Assembly (NCBI GenBank): GCA_964500505.1
Contig: CAZCNN010000001.1
Span: 131,826 to 195,825 of the forward strand
Reading direction: 5' to 3'
DNA length: 64,000 nt
Source: an uncultured Bdellovibrionales bacterium
GTDB lineage: Bacteria > Patescibacteriota > Minisyncoccia > Moranbacterales > UBA1568
This document shows positions 36,999-47,366 of the stretch, piece by piece; positions within the stretch are counted from its first letter, which is position 1, and the number at the start of each line of letters is the position of its first letter. The position numbers and the translations under genes were made by a program. The notes beneath the pieces were generated by a model. The model searched no databases. It saw nothing but the letters and a program-made list of their open reading frames with translations, and was not told where the DNA came from.

Positions 36999-38393
36999 TC
37001 ATTTAATCTCACTATATATTGTGTTTCTATTGAGAGTAAACGTCTTGGTTTCTTTGGTGCCATCAGCCTGGATGACCGTGACTGAGACTGGCACATCGTT
37101 GAGACCTGGTTGCTTCTCTACCTTCAAATCATACCATGTCCGCTCCATGTCCTTCGGCAAGGTATAGCGAAGCGTCACTGTCTTTTCGGTACCGAGAGGC
37201 ACATGGACGAGCATCCCAAAATACTTTTTGTTGGCAAACTCACCAAATACGGGTTCGGTCGCGGTATTGGTCGCACTCGTGAGATAGCTCCCCTGTGGCA
37301 CATAGACCCGGAGGAACGTCTGATAGTCCTTAGTAAACCAGTCTCTCTTCTCGGCGGTATGACGATACGTCACCGCAAGCGTCACTTCGGGGGCGTCCTT
37401 ACTGAGGTCTACGGTATAGTCATACGAGCGCTTGACGAAATAGTCACTCTTAAAGGAGTTCAGGTTCGCATCCACGAGGAGGAGATAGTCATTCTGCCAG
37501 TCAATATCGAGACGTCCGTCCCAACCCGCTGCCACCACCGTCTCCTGCAGGTTCTCATCACGAAACAAGAGCTGGACGTCTTTGCGATTGAGATCATCGA
37601 GCATGACTTGGAAGAGCTCATATTTCTTGTTAAGCGGCAGAGCTTTGACTCGATCGAGTATCTCGAGTCCGAGGATTCCCATCACTGATTTGCGTTCGCC
37701 AAAATCGATATTTTGCTTGAGATAGCCCTGTTCTACCTGATACTCTAGATCGAGGATCGCGTTGTCAGCCCCATAGGTACCTGGGTAGCCCTCAAGTTCC
37801 ACCGGTCCAGTTACCCGGAGGAATGACGTGAGGACGTTCGTAGTCACCCCGATGATACCATCAAACTTTTCGCCACCCTGCCCCATCTGATAAAACGTTT
37901 CGGCCCACTTGGCATTTTCGGCAAAGTCAGGAGAATAGTTGGAATCACGAAACTTCCACGAAGGAATCTTGAGGGTTTCCTTCATGGGGTACGGCGGAGC
38001 AACCGTGTCGGGGATACGCCCGTCAAAGTTGCCGGTGTCATGGACCAGAAACTGGGTGATATGACCATCACGAACCTTGAGAATACCAAAACTCCCGATG
38101 AAGCCACCTCCTGGGCGGAGTTCCATGCTGTTCTGGAACAACAAAAGAAATGTTTTTTCCTGGCCATCAGTATCGAGGAGTGAGTCAGCGAGCGAGATGA
38201 CGGTGTCGAGATCGGTCCGTGTCTCTTGCCCTACCGGGAGAATCCCAAGGAGACGCTTCAGACTCTCGAGCCCGTGAGTGCGCACTTCCCAAAACACAAA
38301 CCAACCGGTCAAAAAAATGACCGCCACGGTAACAAAGATGATCCAAAACTTCTTAGAATGCTGCATGGTGATAGAAAAGAAATTATTTTCCAC
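36999..38393 (-). CDS. DUF4012-domain protein (envelope/polysaccharide-locus associated)
   Basis: N-terminal TM helix plus LLLFQNSMELRPGGGFIGSFG, matching the DUF4012 core motif as I recall it. Confidence 0.7.
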   Translation of the reverse strand: MENNFFSITMQHSKKFWIIFVTVAVIFLTGWFVFWEVRTHGLESLKRLLGILPVGQETRTDLDTVISLADSLLDTDGQEKTFLLLFQNSMELRPGGGFIGSFGILKVRDGHITQFLVHDTGNFDGRIPDTVAPPYPMKETLKIPSWKFRDSNYSPDFAENAKWAETFYQMGQGGEKFDGIIGVTTNVLTSFLRVTGPVELEGYPGTYGADNAILDLEYQVEQGYLKQNIDFGERKSVMGILGLEILDRVKALPLNKKYELFQVMLDDLNRKDVQLLFRDENLQETVVAAGWDGRLDIDWQNDYLLLVDANLNSFKSDYFVKRSYDYTVDLSKDAPEVTLAVTYRHTAEKRDWFTKDYQTFLRVYVPQGSYLTSATNTATEPVFGEFANKKYFGMLVHVPLGTEKTVTLRYTLPKDMERTWYDLKVEKQPGLNDVPVSVTVIQADGTKETKTFTLNRNTIYSEIK

Positions 38394-39393
38394 CTGAAAG
38401 GAGTTCGTTCAGACGTCGTTTGTATTCTTCGATCGTCGGCTCATCCTTCTTCACTGGTTCCGGTGTGGCCGGCGCAATCGGCGTCGACTCGACAAAGCCA
38501 TTCATGACCGGGAGATCGGCGAGCTCGGTCGTCTCCTCTGCTTCATCATCTGGGAAATTGGTCTCAAACTGAAAAGGGAGCTCGGTCGCATCCATCCCTG
38601 GGAGCAGTCGCTCCGTAGTCACACTTTCCGTCTCCGCTTTAGCCGGCGTCTCGGGTGTCTCTCCCCGTGTTTTGGGAGCGGACTCAAATGTCATCACCGG
38701 ACGCTCCGGGACAAATTTCTGAGGATCGATATATGGGACACTCGCCCCGACTGGAAACTCAGGCGTCCGTCCTAGATCCCGACCAAAAAGAGTCGGGAGG
38801 AGCGACAGAAGCATAAAGAAAAGAGTGGTCAAAAAAAGCGCACTCCCGAGGCTCGTCACGACATACCGTATCGGCTCCCCGACAACCGTCTTGATGATTG
38901 GTTCATCAACGACGCGGAGATCGATATCGGTCTTCACATTATAATAGAAAGCAGCCACCGCAAACAGGGCCCGCCCGGTCTCTTCTGAGAGACGCTTGGC
39001 CGATTCTGGTGACGCTTCGCGCGCGGTCACGACGAGTACGCCACTTTGAGCGCTACGATTGACGGTCACCATCTCGTTCCAGGCAGCTTTACGCTCATCC
39101 TTGGTATACCCTTCGAAATGATCATCAATGAGATCATTGCCAGCGAGCACTCGCTCATAGAACGACAAATTGCGTGAAAGCTCGGTAAAGTTCTCAACCA
39201 CCTGATCGGTTGCGACCGTAGGCACTTTGCCAATGACGAGGATACGCATCTCTGACTGATACACCCGGTAATCATCCAGCCAAAAGAGAAGCGACGCGAG
39301 GGTGACAAAAAAAAGCGCCACAAAAAAAGAGCGACGCCAGGACGCATGAATCGGAATAAAATTAGCGACCTTGAGATTTGACATAGTGTTCAT
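38383..39393 (-). CDS. Wzz-like polysaccharide chain-length determinant family protein (paralog 1), with an acidic Pro-rich C-terminal extension
   Basis: TM1, periplasmic domain, TM2 topology; WNEMVTVNRS block shared with the 53413-54075 paralog (WSKMVTVNKN). Confidence 0.5.
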   Translation of the reverse strand: MNTMSNLKVANFIPIHASWRRSFFVALFFVTLASLLFWLDDYRVYQSEMRILVIGKVPTVATDQVVENFTELSRNLSFYERVLAGNDLIDDHFEGYTKDERKAAWNEMVTVNRSAQSGVLVVTAREASPESAKRLSEETGRALFAVAAFYYNVKTDIDLRVVDEPIIKTVVGEPIRYVVTSLGSALFLTTLFFMLLSLLPTLFGRDLGRTPEFPVGASVPYIDPQKFVPERPVMTFESAPKTRGETPETPAKAETESVTTERLLPGMDATELPFQFETNFPDDEAEETTELADLPVMNGFVESTPIAPATPEPVKKDEPTIEEYKRRLNELLSGGK

Positions 39394-40531
39394 TCAAATT
39401 GCCTCCCGTCACATCGCGGTACACTTCGATCGTTTTCTTGGCCACGGCTTCCCAGCTGTAGTGCTCACGGACTCGCTCCTGAGCGGCCCGACCGAGGACA
39501 GCTACTTCGTCACTTTTGTTGATGAAATAGGCCAATTCTTTTTTGAGCCCTTCAATATCTTTGACCGGGAAGTAAGCGCCGGTATTGGCTACAGCCTCTT
39601 TGTGTGGTTCGATATCACTCACAAGTGGCAGGAGTCCATGTCCCATCGCCTCAAGGAGAGCGAGTGACAATCCTTCTTGTTCAGATGGCTGGACGTAGAG
39701 GTAGGCATGCGAATAGAGTGATTCCATCGCCTGTCCTGTCCGCTCACCGGCCATGATGATATTGGAGCGTCCCTCTGCCAAGTGCTTGAGAAACTTTTCG
39801 TACTCTTCAGTATCAGCATGTGTCCCCACGATCACCAACTTAAAGTTGTTGGGGATACGATTGGTGTCCTCCAGTTCCTTAAAGGCCTTGATGAGATAGT
39901 GTGTCCCTTTGTGTGGGACGAGCCGATGCACCGCGAGGAGATAGCGCTTGGAACGAAGCCCGAGCTCGGCAAGTACGGTTGTATCTGATTCAAAAGCTAC
40001 TTCAGCCCCACTCGGGATAAAGGCCACCGTGCGACCATAGGTCGATTTGGCATAGTCGATGAGGGTCTCACTTGAGACGATGGTACGCTCCGGCACCGTA
40101 CACGTGATGTATTCGGCCATATGGAGAAACGTACGCGCCATCCATCCCCACTTCTTGTGGGTATAATCTCGACTGTGAAACGTCGCGACGACGCGACACT
40201 TGGGCTTCAAGAGCCGTGGGATGATGGAGAGGATGCTCGGCCCAATCGACTGATAGTGGATCACATCATACTCCGCAAAGAGAGCATGGAGCGTCGCAAA
40301 CAGTGTATGTGAGATAGCATCGAGATGCTTGGTGTGGATACTCGGGACATGCACGAGCTTCACCCCCTGAAAGGTCTCGAGTGTCGCCGGGGTATAGTGT
40401 GAACGGACATAGACCGTCACCTCATGACCCTCAGCCACGAGACGTGTAGAGAGTTTCTCGACGTGCTTCTCCACCCCGCCCGCGATGGCAGGGATTCCCT
40501 TCTGGCCGATGAATGCAATTTTCATACTCAA
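39362..40531 (-). CDS. Glycosyltransferase family 4
   Basis: GT-B fold; C-terminal EQEGLSLALLEAMGHGLLPLVSD (E-x7-E motif region). Confidence 0.8.
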   Translation of the reverse strand: MSMKIAFIGQKGIPAIAGGVEKHVEKLSTRLVAEGHEVTVYVRSHYTPATLETFQGVKLVHVPSIHTKHLDAISHTLFATLHALFAEYDVIHYQSIGPSILSIIPRLLKPKCRVVATFHSRDYTHKKWGWMARTFLHMAEYITCTVPERTIVSSETLIDYAKSTYGRTVAFIPSGAEVAFESDTTVLAELGLRSKRYLLAVHRLVPHKGTHYLIKAFKELEDTNRIPNNFKLVIVGTHADTEEYEKFLKHLAEGRSNIIMAGERTGQAMESLYSHAYLYVQPSEQEGLSLALLEAMGHGLLPLVSDIEPHKEAVANTGAYFPVKDIEGLKKELAYFINKSDEVAVLGRAAQERVREHYSWEAVAKKTIEVYRDVTGGNLNEHYVKSQGR

Positions 40532-40561
40532 ACGGTCATGAGAGACGAGTCTCTCGGTGGG

Positions 40562-41518
40562 TTAGAAACCACGAAGTACCGGTGAAGTGCTGCCGACACG
40601 ATTGGTATCGATGCGATTGTCATTGACCCCTGTACCGAGAATAATACCACCGAATGACTTGTAGCCGTTAGCAGTACGAGCGACACGAGCGATACCGTAG
40701 CGTCCATTGCCTACCAACTGGGCCTTCTTCAAGCCCACGTTACCGGCGGCACCATACGAGTTCACTTCGACACCCTCACGGGCGTTGTTGCGGATACTGT
40801 TGGATTTGGACCAGACCGAAGCGCCATCGAGGACCACCTTGATACCAGATCCACCGTTACTGTTGATGCGGTTGTCTTCGAGCCATGCCTCCATGCTGGC
40901 AGCCAGGTCGAGACCATCGCTCTTGTTGTTATGGATATTGCTATTGATAACGACGATATCACGCTTCTCAGAGTAGATACCGGCGCGAGCACTATCTCGC
41001 ACTTCAACGCTGTCGATCAGGGCTCGGTGCTTCTTATCACGAGGAGCCGAGTCGATATGGATACCATCACGGCCACTCTTCTTGATGGTCACCTTGTAGA
41101 TCTTGGCCTTGGCATCCTCGAGGACACGCACGCCATGACGACCACCCTCAATCGTGAGGAAGTTGAGTTCCGTCTGATGCTTCATAGTCACCGTCGGTTT
41201 GTCGCCGTTGTCAGACTTGATCACGACATCACCGATATCTTTCTTCTTCCCAAAAAGCTTCACGCCCTTGGGGATGGTGATGTTTTCTTTGTACGTTCCC
41301 TTGGAAATATGAACGTTCGTTCCTTCCTTGGCGTTCTTGAGCGCTTTGGAGATACTGTGATATGGATGATTCGAGGTTCCCTCTTCGGAACCCTTGGCGT
41401 CCTTATCGACATAAACGTCTTTGGAGCCACCCAAAACAATCACCGGGACGGCGATCAATAGAGTCAGTGCGGTACCGAGTAAAACCTCTCGGGAAAGCCA
41501 AAAGTTACGAGTTTGCAT
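40562..41518 (-). CDS. Secreted right-handed parallel beta-helix repeat protein
   Basis: Signal-anchor MQTRNFWLSREVLLGTALTLLIAVPVIVLG, then repeated N/G/D-rich about 22-aa units typical of pectate-lyase-like beta-helices. Start placed at M38 (41518). Confidence 0.6.
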   Translation of the reverse strand: MQTRNFWLSREVLLGTALTLLIAVPVIVLGGSKDVYVDKDAKGSEEGTSNHPYHSISKALKNAKEGTNVHISKGTYKENITIPKGVKLFGKKKDIGDVVIKSDNGDKPTVTMKHQTELNFLTIEGGRHGVRVLEDAKAKIYKVTIKKSGRDGIHIDSAPRDKKHRALIDSVEVRDSARAGIYSEKRDIVVINSNIHNNKSDGLDLAASMEAWLEDNRINSNGGSGIKVVLDGASVWSKSNSIRNNAREGVEVNSYGAAGNVGLKKAQLVGNGRYGIARVARTANGYKSFGGIILGTGVNDNRIDTNRVGSTSPVLRGF

Positions 41519-41571
41519 AGGGAGCCATGAGTCAATTTTTAGACCTTTTATCTTAGCAAATTTTCGGCTTT

Positions 41572-41600
41572 TTGTCAAGGGTACGGTTTTGCGGTAAAAT
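41572..41600 (+). promoter_or_regulatory. Candidate sigma70-like promoter for acd (TTGTCA-17 nt-TAAAAT)
   Basis: TTGTCA at 41572-41577, TAAAAT at 41595-41600, about 35 nt upstream of the ATG at 41635; the region is divergent from the beta-helix gene. Confidence 0.4.
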
Positions 41601-41634
41601 AGAGACACAAAATAGCCTAAAACAAACACTCCGT

Positions 41635-43740
41635 ATGAATCTCCATCCTCTCTTTTCTCCGCGTTCTATCGCCGTCGTCGGTGCTTCGACCAAAGTCGGC
41701 AGTGTCGGCTCAAGTCTCACCAAGAACCTCCTCTCCTACGGCTACACCGGGCACATCTACCCCGTCAATCCCAAAACTGACCGTCTCTTTGATCTCCCCT
41801 GCTACCCCAGCCTCTCCGATATCAAGGAAGAAATCGATCTCGCCATCATCATCATCCCGGCTGCCCTCGTACCAGCCGTACTCCGGGAAGTCGGTGAAAA
41901 GGAAATCCCCGCAGCGGTCATCATCTCATCAGGATTCAAAGAGACCGGTGCCGACGGTACCACACTCGAGGATGAAGTTCGTGAGATCGCCGAAGAATAC
42001 AACATTGCCCTCCTCGGACCCAACTGTCTTGGCTTTCTCCATCCCGCGCTTGGTCTCAATGCCTCGTTTGCGAGTGGTATGCCCAAAGTGGGGGGTATCA
42101 CCTTCTTTTCCCAAAGTGGCGCCCTCTGTACAGCCCTCCTTGATCTCTCGGCGGGACGACTCGGATTCTCAGCCTTTGTGAGTGACGGCAACAAGGCCAT
42201 CCTCAGCGAAATAGAGTTCCTCGAGTACTTTGCCCAGGATGAAGAGACGAAAGTGCTCTCCTTCTACGCGGAGGGTATGCGCGATAGTGAACATATCATC
42301 GAGACTGGTCGCGCCATCCTCGCTCGCTCCGAGCCCAAGCCCGTAATCGCACTCAAGTCCGGCACCACCGATGCCGGGACCGCCGCCTCAAGCTCACATA
42401 CCGGGGCGCTTGCTGGGAGTAACGCTGCCTATGAAGCCCTCTTCCGTCAAGCTCGCATCATCCGCGCCGAGTCCCTCCAGTCACTGGCCAACCTCCTCAT
42501 GGTCTTTTCTCGCAATCCCCTCCCCGAGGGGAAACGGATTGGGATCATCACGAACGCCGGTGGTCTCGGCGTCCTCGCTACCGACATGGCCTCGCAGTGT
42601 GGCCTCACCCTCGCCACCCTCTCCGGAGAAACCGTCACCGCCCTTGACCCTCTCCCACCCTCGGCCTCGCGACACAACCCGGTCGATGTCTTGGGTGATG
42701 CTCCAGCCGACCGCTATCGTCTTGCCCTCGAGGCACTCGCCCGTGATCCCGAAGTCGACATGCTCCTCGTCATCATCACTCCCCAAACGACGACTGAGGT
42801 ACGTGACACGGCGCTGGCTATCGTCGATACCAAACATCATACCGAGAAACCGATCGTCGCTATCATGGCCGGCGCTGGCGCCTTTGCCGAAGGGATAGCG
42901 ATCCTCGATGAACACGAAGTAGCCGTCCTCACCTATCCCGAGGACGGGGCTCGTGCCCTTGGAGCGCTCGCTCAGGTCGCCAATTGGCGCACACACCAAC
43001 TCTCTACTCCGTTTGCCTGGAGTGATATCGACCGAACCAGCGCGCAGAAGATTATCAAACAGGTGAGGGCTGATGGACGGACCACGCTCTACGAATCCGA
43101 AGTCTGGGACGTCCTCTCGGCCTATGGGTTTCAGTTCCTCCGAAGTGCTACGGTACACAGTGCCGACGAGGCCAAAGCGGCGAGCCGGGATTTCACTGGT
43201 CCGGTCGCCCTCAAAATAGTCTCCCCCGATATCAGTCACAAGTCTGATGCTGGTGGTGTCATGCTCAATGTCAAACCAGAAGAGGCTGGGGAGCAGTATG
43301 ACGCGCTCCTCGCCCGAGTGGCCGAACATGTGCCCGAGGCCAAACTCGAGGGCGCGCTCATGGTCGAGATGGCCGAGACCGGTGGTCGTGAGATTATCCT
43401 CGGGATGAAAGAAGAGCCAGGACTCGGCCAGCTCCTTATGGTGGGACTCGGTGGTATCTATGTCGAGACCTTTCATGATGTGGCGTTCCGCTTTGCTCCA
43501 CTCACCGAAGAAGACGCCCGTGAGATGTTGAGTGAGCTTGAGAGTCTCCCGCTCCTCACTGGTACTCGGGGGCAGGCTGGCATCGATATGGACACGCTTC
43601 TCGGTGCCATCGGCCGGCTCTCACTCCTTGTCCGCGACTTCCCAGAAATTGCCGAACTCGATATCAATCCCCTCCTCGCTTTCCCCGAGGCCTCGCGTTT
43701 CCGGGTCCTCGATGCCCGCATCCGATTGAAAGAAAGCTAG
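41635..43740 (+). CDS. acd: Acetyl-CoA synthetase (ADP-forming), fused alpha/beta
   Basis: CoA-binding N-terminus RSIAVVGASTKVGSVGSSLTKNL and a C-terminal ATP-grasp; about 700 aa. Confidence 0.85.
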   Translation: MNLHPLFSPRSIAVVGASTKVGSVGSSLTKNLLSYGYTGHIYPVNPKTDRLFDLPCYPSLSDIKEEIDLAIIIIPAALVPAVLREVGEKEIPAAVIISSGFKETGADGTTLEDEVREIAEEYNIALLGPNCLGFLHPALGLNASFASGMPKVGGITFFSQSGALCTALLDLSAGRLGFSAFVSDGNKAILSEIEFLEYFAQDEETKVLSFYAEGMRDSEHIIETGRAILARSEPKPVIALKSGTTDAGTAASSSHTGALAGSNAAYEALFRQARIIRAESLQSLANLLMVFSRNPLPEGKRIGIITNAGGLGVLATDMASQCGLTLATLSGETVTALDPLPPSASRHNPVDVLGDAPADRYRLALEALARDPEVDMLLVIITPQTTTEVRDTALAIVDTKHHTEKPIVAIMAGAGAFAEGIAILDEHEVAVLTYPEDGARALGALAQVANWRTHQLSTPFAWSDIDRTSAQKIIKQVRADGRTTLYESEVWDVLSAYGFQFLRSATVHSADEAKAASRDFTGPVALKIVSPDISHKSDAGGVMLNVKPEEAGEQYDALLARVAEHVPEAKLEGALMVEMAETGGREIILGMKEEPGLGQLLMVGLGGIYVETFHDVAFRFAPLTEEDAREMLSELESLPLLTGTRGQAGIDMDTLLGAIGRLSLLVRDFPEIAELDINPLLAFPEASRFRVLDARIRLKES

Positions 43741-43800
43741 GTAAAGAAAAAAGCAGCCGCCCGCGAATGCGGTGACTGCTCGAAGGTTCCGGTCAGATGC

Positions 43801-44304
43801 TCATGTACGGAGACCAGGGTCATCCGTGCGACGAAGGATTGACTCTCGCCGGCGCTTGAAATGCTCGGACGAAAATCGTTCGACAAACACCAAGAGATCG
43901 TCGACCGAATCGAAGACCCCGATTCTTTGGAGACCTTTGTCTCCAGCCCACAGCCGGTCCGAGAAACACTCAGCCCTGAAATACGGGTCCGTCTTCTCAC
44001 CCGTCTTAGAATTTCTGAGCTGAAGGACCATTGCCTCACACTTGGCGGGCTCCACGTAGCGGGTCCCGTCCTGCATGGGGTGCATGTACTCGCCCACCTG
44101 CTGTTCGAGCACCCACATGATGGCCCGAGCACGGACAGATTCTTCCCGTGAGGGACGCACCACTTCTACGGGGATGAAACGATCCCCAGCTACGGCATTC
44201 TTGGGCACGTAGACGACAGAAAATTCGCCCTCGCCCGCAAACGCAGCCGTCACGGTCAACAGGTAACCCAGCAACAAGGACCAGAAAATTTTCAACGCGG
44301 TCAT
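43801..44304 (-). CDS. Secreted hypothetical protein
   Basis: Signal peptide MTALKIFWSLLLGYLLTVTAAFA; no motif recognised. Confidence 0.5.
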   Translation of the reverse strand: MTALKIFWSLLLGYLLTVTAAFAGEGEFSVVYVPKNAVAGDRFIPVEVVRPSREESVRARAIMWVLEQQVGEYMHPMQDGTRYVEPAKCEAMVLQLRNSKTGEKTDPYFRAECFSDRLWAGDKGLQRIGVFDSVDDLLVFVERFSSEHFKRRRESILRRTDDPGLRT

Positions 44305-44346
44305 TACTCCCCCTCAGGGTGGTTGGAAATGTTAAACAGCTACAAT

Positions 44347-45348
44347 CTAGACTCGGTTCCATTTTACGAACCGAGCGACGTTCATGTCAAACCAAGAGGT
44401 CCGAATGACGGGCTCATGAACGTATTTCTCCTTGAGATAGGCATGGGTTTTTTCCAGTCCGACCTCAAGCGAGGTCATCGGGTAGTACCCAAATTCTTCG
44501 CTCGCCCGACTGATGTCAAGCACGATTTTTTGTACGTCAAAAGGACGCTTTTCCAAGCGTTTCATGCGAGGCATCGACTGGGTCGTTTTGGCGAGCATGA
44601 GGACGAGCTCAAAGAGCGCCACGCCCCGGCCACTCCCCACATTGTAGGTTGAGTTCTTGTGCTTCTCGGCAAAGTTGTCCGCCATAAAGCCGGTCACATC
44701 TTTGACGTAGACATAGTCACGCACCGTGTTGCCATAGAGTTCAATGAGCTCATTCTTCATCATGTGCTTCATGAAGATCGGGATCGCCCCTTGGATACCA
44801 TTCGGATCCTGGCGTTCACCGTAGGGATTGGCGATACGGTAGATGACGAAGGAGAGACCGTACTGACGTCGGTAAAAATGCAGGTGTTCTTCGATGGCGA
44901 GCTTGGTCACCGCATAGGGCGACATCGGACGAGCCTGAGTCGTTTCACTCGCCACTTCATCAAGGGCATTGCCATAGACCGCACCACCCGAAGACGGATA
45001 GATGATTTTCTTGATATTATGTTTCACACACAAGTCGAGGAGCTGGAGGGTTCCTTCGAGGTTCAGTTTGATTTCACGCTGCGGATCATTGGCGGTCGAG
45101 GCGGGGGTACTCAGTGACACAAAGTGAAAGACATAGTCCATGCCCTTGAGGGCTCGGGACAGGTGGCGTTTGTTCAAGAAGTCACCTTTCTGGAATTCAA
45201 TAATCCCCTTCAAATGGTTGAGGTTCTTGATGCGACCCTTGTGGAAACGGTCAAAGACCCGCACCTCATACCCGCGGGCGAGGAGGTCGTCGACGAGGTG
45301 AGAGCCGAGAAAGCCGTCACCACCAAGTACCACACATTTCTTTCCCAT
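44347..45348 (-). CDS. NAD-dependent sugar epimerase/dehydratase (UDP-glucose 4-epimerase-like, extended SDR)
   Basis: VLGGDGFLGSHLV Rossmann motif and a YxxxK catalytic region. Confidence 0.85.
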   Translation of the reverse strand: MGKKCVVLGGDGFLGSHLVDDLLARGYEVRVFDRFHKGRIKNLNHLKGIIEFQKGDFLNKRHLSRALKGMDYVFHFVSLSTPASTANDPQREIKLNLEGTLQLLDLCVKHNIKKIIYPSSGGAVYGNALDEVASETTQARPMSPYAVTKLAIEEHLHFYRRQYGLSFVIYRIANPYGERQDPNGIQGAIPIFMKHMMKNELIELYGNTVRDYVYVKDVTGFMADNFAEKHKNSTYNVGSGRGVALFELVLMLAKTTQSMPRMKRLEKRPFDVQKIVLDISRASEEFGYYPMTSLEVGLEKTHAYLKEKYVHEPVIRTSWFDMNVARFVKWNRV

Positions 45349-45421
45349 AAGAAAAGACCCATTTACTGATAACGGGTCATATTACACTATTTTTGCCATT
45401 CTGTCAAGGGGTACTGAATGG

Positions 45422-46648
45422 CTATTTTTTGGCTCTAGTAAGGGAAGAATAGAGACTGGTGATGGCCGAGAGGTAGGTCGCCTGGTCAAGCGCCATGACG
45501 CTCTCCCGGGCGTTTTTCTGGAGTTCTGGGAGTGATACAGTGTCAAGCGCTCGAATCCTGTCCGCCAAATCATGGGCATCCCCTGGCGTAAAGAGAAATC
45601 CATTGTACCCGTCCTGTACTCGCTCTGGAAGTGACCCCACACGAGCCGCGATCACGGGCGTCCCAGAGGCGAGGGTTTCGAGGAGTGCATACGGCGTGTT
45701 CTCATACCACTCGGACGGGACGACGACCGCTCGGGCTGGGAGGAGTATCTTTTGCAGATCATCGCCATACACCGGGCCGAGGAACTTCACTTTGTCGGAG
45801 AGAGCCAGTGTAGATGTGAGTGACTTCAGTCGTTCTTCTTCTGGCCCAAAGCCGACGATCGAGAGGGTCTCGCCATCATGGAGTTCGGCAAACGCCCGGA
45901 TGAGTGTCCCTATCCCCTTTTCAGCTGAGAGTCGTCCGAAATAGAGAAAATTCTTGTCAGGCTTGTCTGGAAGTGGCTCCGTGAGATCAGGAAGTGGGAC
46001 GAGAGGCTGCGGGAGGAGCTGGATATCATAAGGGAAGCCCAGGCGCTTGTAGGTATCGATGAGGAATTGGCTGAGCCCGATATAAGCCCCTACCTGGCCA
46101 TAGGTACCGAGGAGTCGATGGAGCCATTGCTCAACGGCACACACGAGACTCTTGCCATACGAATCTTTGACACAACGATCGACGAGACAGCGGAAGCCTG
46201 ACGCATGCTCCCAAATCTGACCCCGTACAAACAGGCTATAGTTCGGTGAGGCAAGTTTGTAGTCACAAAGCGTCATCACAATCGGGACCCCTTTCTTCTT
46301 GAGGGCCCAGATGATGGAGGGTGAGAGCTGGTGATAGGTAACAAAGAGGTGAGCGACGTCAGGTTTGTACTCATCGATGAGGGCCTCGAGGTTACGCTTG
46401 GCCTCGGGATTCCAGATGATGTTGCGCGCCACGATGAGCTTGTCCCAGAGTGACAACTGATTCGCCTCTTCGTAGTCCACCTGCTTCACAAAGTATCGAC
46501 TCCACTCGGTCGGCTCATTTTTGGGATGAGCCATGGCAAAAAACGCGACCTCGTGACCCTCCGCCCGGAGGAGTTTGGCCGTATCAAAATACAAACGCTG
46601 CGGACCAGCGTACTGGCGATGATATTTGTCGATGAGGAGGACGCGCAT
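45422..46648 (-). CDS. Glycosyltransferase family 4
   Basis: C-terminal YENTPYALLETLASGTPVIAARVGSLPERVQDGYNGFLF; start at MRVLLIDKY (46648). Confidence 0.8.
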   Translation of the reverse strand: MRVLLIDKYHRQYAGPQRLYFDTAKLLRAEGHEVAFFAMAHPKNEPTEWSRYFVKQVDYEEANQLSLWDKLIVARNIIWNPEAKRNLEALIDEYKPDVAHLFVTYHQLSPSIIWALKKKGVPIVMTLCDYKLASPNYSLFVRGQIWEHASGFRCLVDRCVKDSYGKSLVCAVEQWLHRLLGTYGQVGAYIGLSQFLIDTYKRLGFPYDIQLLPQPLVPLPDLTEPLPDKPDKNFLYFGRLSAEKGIGTLIRAFAELHDGETLSIVGFGPEEERLKSLTSTLALSDKVKFLGPVYGDDLQKILLPARAVVVPSEWYENTPYALLETLASGTPVIAARVGSLPERVQDGYNGFLFTPGDAHDLADRIRALDTVSLPELQKNARESVMALDQATYLSAITSLYSSLTRAKK

Positions 46649-46705
46649 ATTTTGACTTTTTGGCTTAACAATGGCATTATACAATAAAGCATACCCAAAA
46701 ACAAT

Positions 46706-47365
46706 ATGTCGCTCATCGAAACTATTGCCTATCGTATCTCGGCTTCGAGTCGAGCCAAGAAGTTCTCGCAGTTTCTCACGCTCATGGCGCCACAACCCCA
46801 CGAATCCATCGTGGACGTCGGGGTCAACACCACTGAGTACTCAGATACCGACAACTATCTCGAAAAGTTTTACCAACATCCCGAAAAAATTACCGCGGTC
46901 GGCATGGGAAGCGATACCGAGGTAGCCAGTTTCCGCGCCCGCTATCCGCTTGTCACGACCGTCGCGGGTGATGGTCGGGCTCTTGCCTTTGCGGAGAATA
47001 GTTTTGATATGAGCTACTCCAACGCCGTCATCGAACACGTTGGCAACTTTGATGACCAACGTCGCTTCCTTGCCGAGCTCTACCGAGTCAGTCGACGGGG
47101 CTATCTCACCACGCCCAACCGTCATTTTCCGATCGAGCTCCATACCCGCATCCCGCTCCTTCACCTCCTCCTCTCCAAGAGGAACTTTGATCGCTTTGTC
47201 ACCTGGATCGGTAAAGGTTGGGCAGCTGGCGACTATATGTCTCTCCTCTCCGTATCCGACCTGCGACAGCTCCTCTCGGACGTCGGTATCACTCACTCTA
47301 CCCTCATCCCCAACCGCTTCTGTGGTCTCACTATGACCTATACCATCATCTGGCACAAAGACTAG
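46706..47365 (+). CDS. Class I SAM-dependent methyltransferase
   Basis: VVDVGVNT motif-I-like block; Methyltransf_11-like size. Confidence 0.7.
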   Translation: MSLIETIAYRISASSRAKKFSQFLTLMAPQPHESIVDVGVNTTEYSDTDNYLEKFYQHPEKITAVGMGSDTEVASFRARYPLVTTVAGDGRALAFAENSFDMSYSNAVIEHVGNFDDQRRFLAELYRVSRRGYLTTPNRHFPIELHTRIPLLHLLLSKRNFDRFVTWIGKGWAAGDYMSLLSVSDLRQLLSDVGITHSTLIPNRFCGLTMTYTIIWHKD

Positions 47366-47366
47366 T

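Noticed and set aside
36833-37167. Two short ORFs (87 aa minus, 100 aa plus) in the DUF4012-downstream spacer
   Set aside because: They overlap each other and a run of strong hairpins. More likely non-coding structured RNA or terminators.
42481-43476. 331-aa minus-strand ORF
   Set aside because: Antisense to acd, whose motifs are unambiguous.
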